Shown here: one piece after another, positions 31,003-41,556 of the stretch
Numbering within the stretch: the stretch's first letter is position 1
How the letters are laid out: each line of letters opens with the position of its first letter
DNA from: an uncultured Acidimicrobiaceae bacterium
Lineage (GTDB): Bacteria; Actinomycetota; Acidimicrobiia; Acidimicrobiales; RAAP-2
Length of the DNA: 64,000 nt
Direction of reading: 5' to 3'
Assembly (NCBI GenBank): GCA_963794875.1
Contig: CAWCFG010000008.1
Span: 872-64,871, forward strand
Translations under genes and position numbers: made by a program
The notes under the pieces: model-generated
Database searches by the model: none
Told to the model about the DNA's origin: nothing
What the model saw: only the letters and a program-made list of their open reading frames with translations

Positions 31003-32100
31003 GTGAGCCCCGACGGCAGCGCCGATGACCCGCTGCGCGCCTCACCGCTCGCTGCGGAGCACCTCGCACTCGGGGCCAAAATGGTCCCGTTCGGCGGCTG
31101 GGAGATGCCCCTGGCCTATCCCAGCGGAACGGTGGCCGAGCATCGGGCCTGCCGCACCTCGGCAGTGGCCTTCGACGTCAGCCATCTCGGCACGGTGCGG
31201 GTCCAGGGCGCCGACGCCTTCGGCCATCTCCAGCACTCGCTGAGCAACGACCTGACCCGGATCCACCCGGGGCGGGCCCAGTACACGCACCTCCTCGACG
31301 ACGACGGGTTCGTGGTCGACGACATCATCGTGTGGTGGGTCGACGAGGACCGGTTCGACGTGATGCCGAACGCCTCGAACACCACCGGTGTCGTCGCGGC
31401 CATCGGGGGCAGCGACGTGACGGACGAGCGGGCGGTCATCGCGGTGCAGGGGCCCGAGGCGCGTGCCCTGCTGGCGCGGGTCTCGGCGGAGGCAGCCGCC
31501 GTCCACCGCTTCGCCGTCGAGCGGTTCGAGTGGAGCGGCGCGACCTGCCTGGTGGCGGGAACGGGATACACGGGTGAGGACGGCGTCGAGTGCGCAGTGC
31601 CCGCGGACGTGGCGGGCGCGTTCTGGGAGGCCGTGCTCGGACAGGGGGTCGTCCCGGCCGGCTTGGGCGCCCGCGACACGCTGCGCCTCGAGGCGGGGCT
31701 CCCGCTCCACGGCCACGAGCTCGGCCCCGGCATCACGCCGCTCCAGGCCGGCCTGGGCTGGGTCATCGGCTGGGACAAGGGGGATTTCATCGGTCGCGCC
31801 GCGCTCGAGGAGGAGAAGGCGAACGGTCCCGCCCGTCGCCTGCGTGGCGTGGTGGCCGAAGGTCGCCAGCCCCTGCGCGATGGCTCACTCCTCTGCGAGG
31901 GCTCGGACCAGGTCGGCATCCTGACCAGCGGCAACTTCTCGCCCATGCGTGAGCGCGGGATCGGGCTCGGCTTCGTCGATGCCGACGCCCGCCTGCTCGA
32001 AGGCGACGCCATCACGATCGTCCAACGCGGGCGTGAGCTCCCGGCTCGTCTGGTGCGCCCACCCCTGTGGCCGATCCGCGAGGAAGAAGAGAGCGAATAA
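31003..32100 (+). CDS. gcvT: Glycine cleavage system aminomethyltransferase T
   Basis: MVPFGGWEMPLAY...EHRACRTSAVAFDVSHLG...GYTGEDGVE...ARDTLRLEAG. Confidence 0.9.
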   Translation: MSPDGSADDPLRASPLAAEHLALGAKMVPFGGWEMPLAYPSGTVAEHRACRTSAVAFDVSHLGTVRVQGADAFGHLQHSLSNDLTRIHPGRAQYTHLLDDDGFVVDDIIVWWVDEDRFDVMPNASNTTGVVAAIGGSDVTDERAVIAVQGPEARALLARVSAEAAAVHRFAVERFEWSGATCLVAGTGYTGEDGVECAVPADVAGAFWEAVLGQGVVPAGLGARDTLRLEAGLPLHGHELGPGITPLQAGLGWVIGWDKGDFIGRAALEEEKANGPARRLRGVVAEGRQPLRDGSLLCEGSDQVGILTSGNFSPMRERGIGLGFVDADARLLEGDAITIVQRGRELPARLVRPPLWPIREEEESE

Positions 32101-32117
32101 CTCGTCCCCGGCAGCCG

Positions 32118-32161
32118 GGCCACCAGGGCCCGTGCCGGAGAGGCCACCAGGGCCCGTGCCG
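32118..32161 (+). repeat. Tandem direct repeat (2 x 20 nt, 24-nt period), each copy able to form a GGGCC/GGCCC hairpin
   Basis: ggccaccagggcccgtgccg occurs at 32118-32137 and again at 32142-32161, identical. Confidence 0.85.
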
Positions 32162-32196
32162 TATAGTGGGTCACACAACTGAATACGCCGTTTGAA

Positions 32197-32390
32197 CCGG
32201 AGCGCCAGAGTCCCCGCAGCACGCAGTCGAGGGGACGCCGGAGGAGCAACTCTCCCCGAGAAACTCTCAGGCCGACATACCGCTTCGGTGAGGCAACTCT
32301 GGAAAGCGGATGCCTTTTGGTCCGCACCGAAGGTGGAAGCCGTGTGCAGGGCACGGTGAGGCTCTCAGGTCCAGTGACAGAGCGGGGAGG
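32197..32390 (+). ncRNA. Tandem glycine riboswitch (two aptamers)
   Basis: Aptamer 1: cggagcgccagag...gacgccggaggagcaa...ctctcaggccgaca. Aptamer 2: ctctggaaag...gcaccgaaggtggaag...ctctcaggtccagtgacagag. Both match the gcvT-motif consensus (CUCUGGAGAG...ACCGAAGGGGCAA...CUCAGG), and the element lies directly upstream of gcvP. Confidence 0.85.
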
Positions 32391-32438
32391 ACGTCCAACT
32401 AGTTCGGCGCGAGGCGCAGAACGCGTGAGGAGATCCCC

Positions 32439-35315
32439 GTGAACGACCAACGTCCAGGCGACCCGTCCGAATCGCTCGAGCCCTTCGAGCAGTTCCTCCG
32501 ACGTCACGTGGGCCCCTCCGACGAAGAGCGGGAGGGGATGCTCAAGGTCCTCGGCTACGAGACGCTCGACGCGCTCGTCGACGCCGCCGTGCCCGGCAGC
32601 GTACGCAGCCTCGGGACGCTCGACCTCCCGCCGGCCGTGACCGAACAGCAGGTTCTCGACGAGCTGCGCCGACTCGCTGCCGCCAATGCCATCGCCGAGC
32701 CGATGATCGGCCTCGGGTACTCCGGGACCGTCACGCCGGGCGTCATCCGGCGCAACGTCTTGGAGAGCCCGGCCTGGTACACCGCGTATACGCCCTACCA
32801 GCCCGAGATCAGCCAGGGCCGCCTCGAGGCCCTCCTCAACTTCCAGACGATGGTGAGCGACCTCACCGGTCTCGACACCGCGAATGCATCGTTGCTCGAC
32901 GAGAGCACGGCCGTGGCCGAGGCGGTCACGCTGATGCGGCGCCGCGCCACCAGCGGGTCGGCCCGGGTGGTGGTCGATGCCGACTGCCTGCCGCAGACGA
33001 TCGCCGTGCTGGCGACGAGGCTGGCGCCGTTGGGCATCACCCTCCATGTGGTCGACCTCGACGCGGGCCCGCCAGAGGGCGACTACTTCGGCATGGTGCA
33101 GCAGTACCCGGGGTGCTCCGGGGGCATCCGTGACTTCGAGGCGTTGACCGAAGCGGCCCACGCCAAGGGGGCGCTGGTGACCGTGGCCACGGACCTGCTC
33201 GCGCTCACACTGCTGCAGCCGCCGGGGGAGTGGGGTGCCGACGTCGCGGTCGGGTCGTCCCAACGGTTCGGCGTGCCTCTTTGGTACGGCGGTCCGCACG
33301 CGGCGTTCATGGCGATCAGGGGAGGGCTGGAACGCGATCTGCCCGGCCGCCTGGTCGGGCTGTCGATCGACGCCGAGGATCGTCCCGCCTATCGGTTGGC
33401 ACTCCAGACGCGCGAGCAGCACATCCGTCGGGAGAAGGCCACCTCCAACATCTGCACGGCCCAGGTCCTTCTGGCGGTCGTGGCCTCCATGTACGCCGTG
33501 TACCACGGCGCCGACGGATTGCGCGGCATCGCCCGCCGCGTCCACGGCCGCACGTCCCTCCTGGCTCACCACCTCGAGAAGGCGGGCTTCTCGCTCGTCC
33601 ACCGGGCCTTCTTCGACACGGTGGTCGTCGAGGCGCCCGGTCGGGCGCGTGCGATCGTGACTGACGCCGCCGCGCGCGGCGTGCTCCTGCGGCTGGTCGA
33701 CCAGGACCACGTCGGGGTCTCGTGCGGCGAGACCACGACCACGGCGCATGTCGCGGCGGTGCTCGAGGCCTTCGGCGCCTCCGCCGGCGTCGAGGGTGCC
33801 CTGGGCGACACCGACTCGGCCCTGCCACAGGCGCTTCTGCGCCGAGGCCCGATCCTCACCCACCCCGTGTTCTCTGAACACCACTCCGAGACGGCGATGC
33901 TGCGCTACCTGCGCCGCCTCTCCGACAAGGACTTCGCTCTCGACCGCGGCATGATCCCGCTCGGTTCCTGCACCATGAAGTTGAACGCCACGACCGAGAT
34001 GGAGCCGGTCGGCCTGCCCGGGTTCGCCGACATCCACCCCTTCGCCCCGCTCGAGTCCACGCCGGGCTATCTGTCGCTCATCGACGAGTTGGAGGGATGG
34101 CTGGCCCAGGTGACCGGGTACGCCAAGGTCTCGGTGCAGCCCAACGCGGGGAGCCAGGGCGAGCTGGCCGGACTCCTGGCCATCGCGGCGTATCACCACG
34201 CACGGGGCGACGAGGGTCGCAACGTCTGTCTCATCCCGTCCAGCGCGCACGGCACCAACGCAGCCTCGGCGGTCATGGCGGGCATGCGCGTCGTGGTCGT
34301 GGCCGCGCTGTCTGACGGTACGGTCGATCTCGAGGACCTCCGCCGCAAGTGCGAAGAGCACAGCGAGAACCTGGCCGCCATCATGGTCACGTACCCCTCC
34401 ACGCACGGCGTCTACGAGGAGGGCATCACCGACATGTGCGCGCTGGTCCACCAGCACGGGGGCCAGGTCTACATCGACGGGGCGAACCTGAACGCGTTGC
34501 TCGGGCTGGCCGAGCCGGGACAGTTCGGCGGCGATGTGTCGCACCTGAACCTGCACAAGACCTTCTGCATCCCCCACGGCGGGGGAGGACCCGGCGTGGG
34601 GCCGGTGGCCGTCGCCGCTCACCTGGTGCCGTTCCTCCCATCGCATCCCCTGCACCCGCGCCCGGCACAGCGAGAGGGGATCGGACCGGTCAGCGGGGCG
34701 CCCTTCGGCAGCGCGGGGATCCTGTCCATCAGTTGGGCCTATATCCGCATGCTGTCGGGGGAGGGCTTGGCCCATGCCACCAAGTCGGCCGTGCTGGCCG
34801 CCAACTACGTGGCGGCTCGACTCGCGCCGTCGTTTCCCATCCTCTACACCGGGAAGCACGCCCTGGTGGCCCACGAGTGCATCCTCGACCTGCGACCCCT
34901 GACCAAGGCGACGGGCATCACTGTCGACGACGTGGCCAAGCGCCTCATCGACTACGGCTTCCACGCGCCGACCGTGAGCTTCCCCGTGGCGGGAACGCTG
35001 ATGGTGGAGCCCACCGAGAGCGAGGATCTGGCCGAGCTGGACCGTTTCTGTGACGCCATGATCGCCATCCGCAAAGAAATCGACGAGGTGGCGGCGGGCC
35101 GCTGGGCCGCCGAGGACAGCCCGCTGCGCGGGGCACCGCACACCGCCGCCGGACTCGTCTCGGCGTGGGAGCGTGCCTACGACCGTGAGACGGCGGTCTT
35201 TCCGTCGGGGCAGAAGGCGGCCAAGTACTGGCCGCCGGTGGCGCGGATCAACCAGGCCTACGGGGACCGCAATCTCATGTGCTCCTGCCCACCGCCGGAG
35301 GCCTTCGCCGACTGA
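32439..35315 (+). CDS. gcvP: Glycine dehydrogenase (decarboxylating), single-chain P protein
   Basis: 958 aa starting at a GTG preceded by GAGGAG. Contains [34 protein letters not shown] and [16 protein letters not shown]. Confidence 0.93.
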   Translation: MNDQRPGDPSESLEPFEQFLRRHVGPSDEEREGMLKVLGYETLDALVDAAVPGSVRSLGTLDLPPAVTEQQVLDELRRLAAANAIAEPMIGLGYSGTVTPGVIRRNVLESPAWYTAYTPYQPEISQGRLEALLNFQTMVSDLTGLDTANASLLDESTAVAEAVTLMRRRATSGSARVVVDADCLPQTIAVLATRLAPLGITLHVVDLDAGPPEGDYFGMVQQYPGCSGGIRDFEALTEAAHAKGALVTVATDLLALTLLQPPGEWGADVAVGSSQRFGVPLWYGGPHAAFMAIRGGLERDLPGRLVGLSIDAEDRPAYRLALQTREQHIRREKATSNICTAQVLLAVVASMYAVYHGADGLRGIARRVHGRTSLLAHHLEKAGFSLVHRAFFDTVVVEAPGRARAIVTDAAARGVLLRLVDQDHVGVSCGETTTTAHVAAVLEAFGASAGVEGALGDTDSALPQALLRRGPILTHPVFSEHHSETAMLRYLRRLSDKDFALDRGMIPLGSCTMKLNATTEMEPVGLPGFADIHPFAPLESTPGYLSLIDELEGWLAQVTGYAKVSVQPNAGSQGELAGLLAIAAYHHARGDEGRNVCLIPSSAHGTNAASAVMAGMRVVVVAALSDGTVDLEDLRRKCEEHSENLAAIMVTYPSTHGVYEEGITDMCALVHQHGGQVYIDGANLNALLGLAEPGQFGGDVSHLNLHKTFCIPHGGGGPGVGPVAVAAHLVPFLPSHPLHPRPAQREGIGPVSGAPFGSAGILSISWAYIRMLSGEGLAHATKSAVLAANYVAARLAPSFPILYTGKHALVAHECILDLRPLTKATGITVDDVAKRLIDYGFHAPTVSFPVAGTLMVEPTESEDLAELDRFCDAMIAIRKEIDEVAAGRWAAEDSPLRGAPHTAAGLVSAWERAYDRETAVFPSGQKAAKYWPPVARINQAYGDRNLMCSCPPPEAFAD

Positions 35316-35360
35316 CGATCTCGGGTTTCACGACCGATGCGTGCCGGCGCAGGCCGACGG

Positions 35361-35753
35361 TCAGGCCCACGCCGTGAGTGCGATGCCGGCCGCGGCGGCA
35401 CCGAGGCAGACGCCAAGTCCCCCCACCGTGTAGAGCACGGCTGTGGTGCGATGCCCGGTGTGGAGGAGGTGGATCGTCTCCCAACTCGCGGTCGACCAGG
35501 TGGTGTAGCCCCCGCACAGCCCCGTCCCGATGATGGCGAGGAGATGGGTCCCGAGGCCGTGGTACAGGGAGAGGCCGGTCAGGATCCCGAGCAGGAGCGA
35601 ACCCGAGGCGTTGACCAGCAGCGTGCCGAGCGGCAGTGGATCGGACCGCCGGATGCCGACATGGTGGATCACCAGCGCGCGCAGGACGGCTCCGGCCCCG
35701 CCGGCCAGGGCCACGATGAGTGCGAGCCCGAGAGTGGGGGAGTGGGCGCTCAT
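35361..35753 (-). CDS. crcB: Fluoride channel CrcB (second subunit)
   Basis: ATG 35753. Contains PLGTLLVNASGSLLLG and GLCGGYTTWST. Confidence 0.85.
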   Translation of the reverse strand: MSAHSPTLGLALIVALAGGAGAVLRALVIHHVGIRRSDPLPLGTLLVNASGSLLLGILTGLSLYHGLGTHLLAIIGTGLCGGYTTWSTASWETIHLLHTGHRTTAVLYTVGGLGVCLGAAAAGIALTAWA

Positions 35754-36241
35754 GCCGCCACCAGGCGGCGCCCGAGCGCGTGGCCGGCCACGACGAGCAG
35801 CAGGCCGCCGATGACCGTGGCCGCCAGATACGCCACGCAGGTCACGACGTCCCCGTTCTTGGCGAGCAGTGTGGCCTCGACGGTCAGGGTGGAGTAGGTG
35901 GTCCACCCCCCGAGGAAGCCGACGACGAGGAGCGGCCGCAGCTGGGGCATCCGCGGCCCGACGTGCTCGGTCAGCGGAATCAGGACCCCGATGGCCATGG
36001 ACCCCGAGAGGTTCACCACCAGGGTGACCCAAGGGAATGCACCGGTGGCGATCGGGTGGTGCGCCTCCAGCAGGTAGCGGCAGACGGTGCCAGCGGTGCC
36101 TCCGATGAAGACGGCCAGCAGCGTCGCCACCGACAGGGAGATCGGGGGGAGCAACGGCTCGTCGAGGAGATCAGGCTCGGGCCCTCCTCGCTCGGTTTCG
36201 AATGGCTGTTGCGGGTCTTCGTCCATGGCCGGGCCTCCCAT
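35750..36241 (-). CDS. crcB: Fluoride channel CrcB (first subunit)
   Basis: Contains PWVTLVVNLSGSMAIG and GFLGGWTTYST. It overlaps the downstream crcB by 4 nt. The start may instead be ATG 36226. Confidence 0.85.
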   Translation of the reverse strand: MGGPAMDEDPQQPFETERGGPEPDLLDEPLLPPISLSVATLLAVFIGGTAGTVCRYLLEAHHPIATGAFPWVTLVVNLSGSMAIGVLIPLTEHVGPRMPQLRPLLVVGFLGGWTTYSTLTVEATLLAKNGDVVTCVAYLAATVIGGLLLVVAGHALGRRLVAA

Positions 36242-36247
36242 GCCGCC

Positions 36248-36300
36248 GCTCAGGAGCCATCAGCCATGTCGGTTCGGCGGTTCAGGGCATCGCCCCCCGG
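36248..36300 (-). ncRNA. Fluoride riboswitch (crcB motif)
   Basis: The minus strand reads ggggcgatgccctgaaccgccgaaccgacatggctgatggctcctgag. This matches GGCGAUG...AACCGCC...CUGAUGnnUCCU as I recall it, and it lies immediately upstream of crcB. Confidence 0.75.
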
Positions 36301-36360
36301 CGGGACCCATCGCCGGCGCAACGATCGTAGCCACCGACGCGCCCCGCGCCCGGCATCTCC

Positions 36361-37110
36361 TCAGTCGAGGCGCGGTCCCGGCGCACGGCGGAACTCGAAG
36401 GGCTCGCTGTCCCGCCCGGCGACGACATACCAGCACTGGCCGGTCGAGTCGGCGTCGAGGATGCGCTGGAACGCCGTCACGACGTCGGCCACCGCAATGA
36501 TGGGAAATCCCATGTCGAGCAGCGTCTGCTCGGAGCCCTTGATGATGTTGGTGTAGGCGAAGGACGGGCACAGCGCGTGCACGCGGACACCGTCGGGCTC
36601 GTAGACCTGACCCAGCGAGCGCGCCAGGCCGACCACGGCATGCTTGTTGGCCGCGTAGATCGGGTCGAAGGGAGTGGCCACCAGGCCGGCCATCGACGCG
36701 GTGGCCACGATCGTCCCGCCGCCGCTGGCGATGATGGCCGGACGGGCCGCCGCAATGCCGTAGACGACGCCGTCGAGGTTGATGGCCATGGACCGCCGGT
36801 AGGCCTCGGGGTCGAAGTCGTCGCCCATGCCGCACCAGGAGGTGACGCCGGCGTTGAGGTGCGCAATGTGGAGCCCACCGAACGCTTCGACCGCCGGCGC
36901 GACCGCGGCGGTGCTGGCCGCGGCATCGGTCACGTCGGTCCGAATGAACCGGCCCCCGATCTCGTCGGCGACCGACTTTCCCCGGGCGACATCGATGTCG
37001 GCGATGACGACGCGGGCCCCGCGCTCCGCCAGATGCCGGGCGACGCCCTCACCGATGCCGTTGCTCCCTCCGGTGATGAGGGCGACCTTGCCGTTGACGT
37101 CGAATGCCAT
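36361..37110 (-). CDS. SDR family oxidoreductase
   Basis: KVALITGGSNGIGEG...NAG...S...YAANKHAV, the classic SDR motifs. Confidence 0.85.
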   Translation of the reverse strand: MAFDVNGKVALITGGSNGIGEGVARHLAERGARVVIADIDVARGKSVADEIGGRFIRTDVTDAAASTAAVAPAVEAFGGLHIAHLNAGVTSWCGMGDDFDPEAYRRSMAINLDGVVYGIAAARPAIIASGGGTIVATASMAGLVATPFDPIYAANKHAVVGLARSLGQVYEPDGVRVHALCPSFAYTNIIKGSEQTLLDMGFPIIAVADVVTAFQRILDADSTGQCWYVVAGRDSEPFEFRRAPGPRLD

Positions 37111-37139
37111 GCGCCGATGGTAGGGGACCGGGGCGGCGG

Positions 37140-39167
37140 TCAGCCGAGCAGGGGGGCGGGGAGCGGTTGGGCGTGCACGACACTGAGGTGCTGAATCGGT
37201 CGGGTCATGGCCACGTAGAGGAGGCGGAGCCCTCGTCGGTCGGCGCCGGCGATGGCGGCGGGCTCGACCACGACGACGGCGTCGAACTCGAGGCCCTTGG
37301 CCGCTGGGGCCGGCACGATGGTTATCGGCCGGGTCATGGCGTCACGCTCGAGCACGCCGACCTGGGCGTTTCGTCGCGCCAGCCGGGTCACCTCGGGCAC
37401 GAGATCTTCGGGTACGACGACGGCGACCAGGGCGTGGTCGCCGGCCAGCGCTCCCGCCTCCTCCAGTGAGGTCGGAGGCGAGCTCGTCCTCGGGCACCGT
37501 TCGGACGACCGGGTCGCTGCGGCCCGCTCGTATCGAGGTGGTGGGGCGCACGCCGGGGGCGGCGAGGGGCAGGAGCCGGGAGGCGAAGTCCAGGACTCGG
37601 CCCGGAGCCCGGTAGCCGAGGGTCAGCTCGTCATGGTGCGGGACGCCCGCATCGGGGAGATGGAGGCGGATCTCGTCCCAGCTCTCGTAGGTCCAGGGTC
37701 CCGTGGCCTGGGCCAGATCACCCAGCACGGTCACGGAACCCGACGGGGAGCGTCGGGCGATCATGCGGAACTGCATGGGAGTCAGATCCTGGGCCTCGTC
37801 CACCACGATGTGCCCGTACGAGCGACTCCGACCCCCGATGAGGAACGCGGCCTCGTCGAGCAGAGCCAGGTCGTCGACGCTCCACGCGGTCGACGAGACC
37901 GTGGTGCCACGGTTCCGGAGCAGCACCGGCCACTCGTCGGGGGAGAACAACCGCGGGCGGCGCGCTCGAGTTGCCCGCGCGAGGACAGAAGCTCACGCAC
38001 CAGGGCGGTGGGGGAGACGGTGGGCCAGAGGGTGTCCAAGAGCGCACCGAATTCCTCCGACGAGGTGAGCTCACCCTCGAACCAGGCCTCGTCGGCTCCG
38101 AGACGACCCGAGGAGCGGAACGCGGATCGCGCCTCGCTGACCAGGCGCGCCCGCAGCGCCACCCGACCCGATTTGTACGGGCCCGGGCGTGCGACGATGG
38201 AGGCGACGAGGTCGTTGACCCGCTCCCGGCTCAGGGTCGCCCGAGCGAACCGCACTCGCAGGCTGACGTCCTCTTCGAGCGGACGGCGGCGGCCATGGAG
38301 CGCCCGGCGCAGGAGCTCGCCCATCCGGGCGTCCGCCTTGACTCGGCGGACCTCCATCGGCTCCTCGACGCGCACCTTCGCTTTGGGGGCGATGTCGCCG
38401 ATGGTCGTCTGCACGACCGCTTCCTCACCCAGCGCAGGCAGGACCTGGGCGATGTAGCGCAGGAACGCCCGACTCGGGCCCAGCACCAGCACGCCCTCGC
38501 GGCTCAGCCCGGGGTGGTTGTAGAGCAGGAAGGCCGCCCGGTGCAGGCCGACCGCCGTCTTGCCCGTGCCGGGCCCGCCCTGCACCGTCAGGAGCTCATC
38601 GAGCGGGGCCCGGATGATCTCGTCCTGCTCGGCCTGAATGGTGGCGACGATGTCGAGCATCTCGCCGGTACGGGCCCGTTCGAGCTCCGCCAGCAGCGCA
38701 TCGCCCCCTCGGAGGCGGGTGCCGGAGGTCTCGTCCCCGCCGACGCCGAAGAGATCGTCGGCGACGGCAATGACCGCACTCCGGTCGACCATGATCTGGC
38801 GGCGCCGGGCCAGGCCCAGGGAATCCTTGATGCTGGCCCGATAGAAGGGCACGGCAACCGGGGCTCGCCAGTCGATGACCACCGGGTCCGATCGTGCATC
38901 CTCCACGTGGCGACGGCCGATACGCCAGGTCGGGCCGTCCGCCTCGTCGATCCGCCCGAAGAGAAGGGGCCGTGGGCTGTCCGCCAGGAGCGACACCCGA
39001 CGCGAGAGAGCGGCCACGTAATCGAGATCGGGATTCCCCGCGGCGATCAGATCCTCCAGCAGCTTCTCGGAGCGCTGCCGCATCGTCGCCAGCGAGGAGA
39101 GCGCGTGGTCGAGGGCCGCTTGCTCTGCCGCCATCTCGGGATCGGACGGGGGAGTGGCCGCACTCAT
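37140..39167 (-). pseudogene. helD: HelD / helicase IV-like UvrD-family ATPase, broken by two frameshifts (about 37950 and 37440-37480)
   Basis: Three consecutive minus-strand ORFs (37782..39212, 37342..37950, 37140..37400) together give one collinear protein. It contains DPVVIDWRAPVAVPFY, Walker A GGPGTGKT, VVDEAQDL, and the C-terminal GLEFDAVVVVEP...LYVAMTRP. Confidence 0.75.
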
Positions 39168-39210
39168 CTCGGACCACCCTCGGTCAAAACACGCGCAAAA
39201 GCGCCCGCGC

Positions 39211-39235
39211 AAAAGTCCCCGGACATCCCGGGGAC
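39211..39235 (-). terminator. Intrinsic terminator / attenuator hairpin 44 nt upstream of the helD start
   Basis: The minus strand reads GTCCCCGG-gatgt-CCGGGGAC, followed by TTTTGCGCGGGCGCTTTTGCGCGTGTTTT. Confidence 0.6.
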
Positions 39236-39824
39236 AGTAACCGATTTAGACCTCTACATCAAGACCCTCAGCTGGGACTTCGCCTTCTCGTCCGCTTGAA
39301 CTTTGAACCTTAACCGAGGGGCCTTAGTGCCGGTCACTTTAGTCAATTCCGACGAATATGGCAAGACCTTTTCCGACGTGCCGGCGTCGGAAGCCGCTGC
39401 GCGGATCCTCGACCTCCGGCGCCCCTGGGCTCCGTGCAACTCAGCTCCCCAGAGCCTTCAGGGGTCCTGAACATGCGTGTCGGTAGGTGAGGAGCCAACG
39501 ATTCGTCGGCGGATGACGGCCGCGCACCGACATGCCACCGCGAAGCGACAGGCACCGTCGGGTTCAGATCCCGGCCGACTCGGTCGCGTGACGATCTCTC
39601 GGCACGACAATCGCATCGCCCAGTCGCCGTACCGGTCCGGCGGGCCCGTCCGGGTTTCAGCCCCATGTCCGGCGGTACCGGAGGAGCGGCCTTGCCACCG
39701 GTCCGGGTGATCCACCCTCCCCGGATTTATGTCTGACTTAACATAATGAACATTATCGGCGGAACGCCAGGAACAGGGGGAGTGGTCCGGCGTCGTGACC
39801 TGGGGCGACGAGGCCCGCGGTCGG

Positions 39825-40286
39825 TCAGCTGCCGGGTGGCTCGGGCTCGAAGAGGAACTGCATGACGTCGCGCATGGAGCCGTCGACCAGTTCCATGCGA
39901 ATCCCGAGATCGTTGTCCCGGTGGTACGCGAAGGACGTCGGCGTGACGCCGCCGGCCTGGCCGCACAGCTGCAACGGGCACCCGGCGGCGCTGAAGGCTT
40001 TGCTCTGTTCGGGCAATGAGTCGCTCCAGAATCCGATGTGATGCAGGTTGCTGGACTCGTTGCGGACCCAGGGCGACCCCGGCACTTCCAGAATGAGCTC
40101 CAGGCAGGGTGTTCCCGTGGAATAGCGCATCGTGGTGGGCAGGATCACGTCTTCTCCCGCCTCGTTCCGGTACTCCACGGCGTCGAGGCTCATGACCGGC
40201 CCCCAGGTGATGCCGAGGAGGCTGCTCAGCTTGGCGCTGGCGGCGTCAATGTCGGTGACGACGATGCCGACGTGGTAATGGTCCAT
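39825..40286 (-). CDS. VOC (glyoxalase/bleomycin-resistance/dioxygenase) family protein
   Basis: MDHYHVGIVVTDIDAA...LELI...HHIGFW. The gap to the upstream gene is 3 nt. Confidence 0.75.
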   Translation of the reverse strand: MDHYHVGIVVTDIDAASAKLSSLLGITWGPVMSLDAVEYRNEAGEDVILPTTMRYSTGTPCLELILEVPGSPWVRNESSNLHHIGFWSDSLPEQSKAFSAAGCPLQLCGQAGGVTPTSFAYHRDNDLGIRMELVDGSMRDVMQFLFEPEPPGS

Positions 40287-40289
40287 CGG

Positions 40290-41556
40290 TCAGTGACTCC
40301 CCCAATGTTCGAGCTGCGTACGCAGCCATCCGTTTTCCCAGAAGCTGGTGTCCCCGCCGTGGTCGAGCAGAAAGCGGTGGGCGGCGACGAGCAGGGCGCG
40401 GGCGCGCGGCGAGTCGAGTTCCGTGGCGGTGACGGCCTCGGCCAGTCTGATGGCGAGTGGCGCGTCGCCACGGGCCAGTGCGGCCTCGGCCCGGGTCAGA
40501 GCCGCCTCGGGGCCGGTCGCCTCCGCCAGTTCGGCCAGGGCTCGATCGGCACTGTCGGGGTAGAGCTCTGTCGTCGACTGCAGCTTGAACCAGCCGACGT
40601 AGCTCTCCCAGAGGGTGCGCACGGCCCAGGAGACCTTGCCGTAGCCCTCGCCCACACGGAGCTCGGGGGGCAGCCGGATCTCCTCCATCAGCGTCCAGAC
40701 GTCGACACCGGCATTGAACCCCTCGAGCGCCTTTTGGTGGACGTAGTCCACGGCATCGTGGAGGCGGGTCAGGCTGGCGTCGATCAGTTCCTCGCCGATG
40801 ATCGGGTCATGTCGTCCGGTGATGAGGATCTCGGGGCGGAGGGCGCGCAACGTGTGAACACTCTCCAGGTATGGCTCGACGAAGCGGTAGTGGTCCCCCC
40901 GCAGCGTGTTGAAATTCGGAAAATGCGGGAAGAGCGGCCCGAGGAGGTTACTGATCAGCGCGGTGCGGCGCTCGGGGAGCCAGACGATGGCACTGTCGAT
41001 CGTCTCCCCCACGGCGGCGTGGAGCTCCAGGCGCAGGCCGTCGACGTCGATCTCGAGGAGCCGGTCGAAGGTGACATCTGGCACCGGCTCGGCCTGTCGC
41101 ATGGACACACCGGGATTCTCGGCGGCGATGCGGCGGGCATCGGTACCGAGCGTGTCGAACCAGATGCCGGCGGTGCGCATCCGCAGGGCGCGGATCCGCG
41201 CGTCGTCGGCCTGGCAGAGCTGGTTGTTCTGCTGGGCGATGTACTGGGTGCCCTCCTCTTTGAAGAGATCCACGCCGCCGACGTGGTCCACGTGGGCCTG
41301 GGTGGTGATGATGTAGTGGGTCGGGCCGAGCCGGACGGCATCGAAGACCCTCTTGTGGTGGGGCGCTTCGAACCCCATGCCAGTGTTGACGATGACGCGC
41401 CCGTTGTCCGTCAACAAGAGGTAGGCCGCGGTACAGCCACCCGAGCGGTAGATGCCGTCGGCAACCGCATGGGCCGGGTCGTCGTAGACGGCCTGCATGA
41501 GCTCCCGTCCCGGCCGCGTATCGAGGAGGCGGTCGACCTGGTCCTGGGCGGGCATC
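40290..41556 (-). CDS. MBL-fold metallo-hydrolase, alkyl/aryl-sulfatase-like
   Basis: ATG 41556. Contains ITTQAHVDHVGG (HxHxDH) and a C-terminal region resembling the alkyl-sulfatase dimerisation domain (KVSWAVRTLWESYVGWF). Confidence 0.65.

Noticed and set aside
31116-35141. 1341-aa minus-strand ORF
   Set aside because: It is antisense to gcvT and gcvP, which have strong homology-type evidence. The Arg/Gly/Pro-rich nonsense composition is typical of open antisense frames in high-GC DNA.
39540-39590. tRNA-like T-arm (tcggg-ttcagat-cccgg) that might indicate a tRNA gene or an att site
   Set aside because: I could not build a D-arm, an anticodon arm or a 7-bp acceptor stem from the flanking 75 nt. 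It is probably a chance hairpin within the non-coding region.
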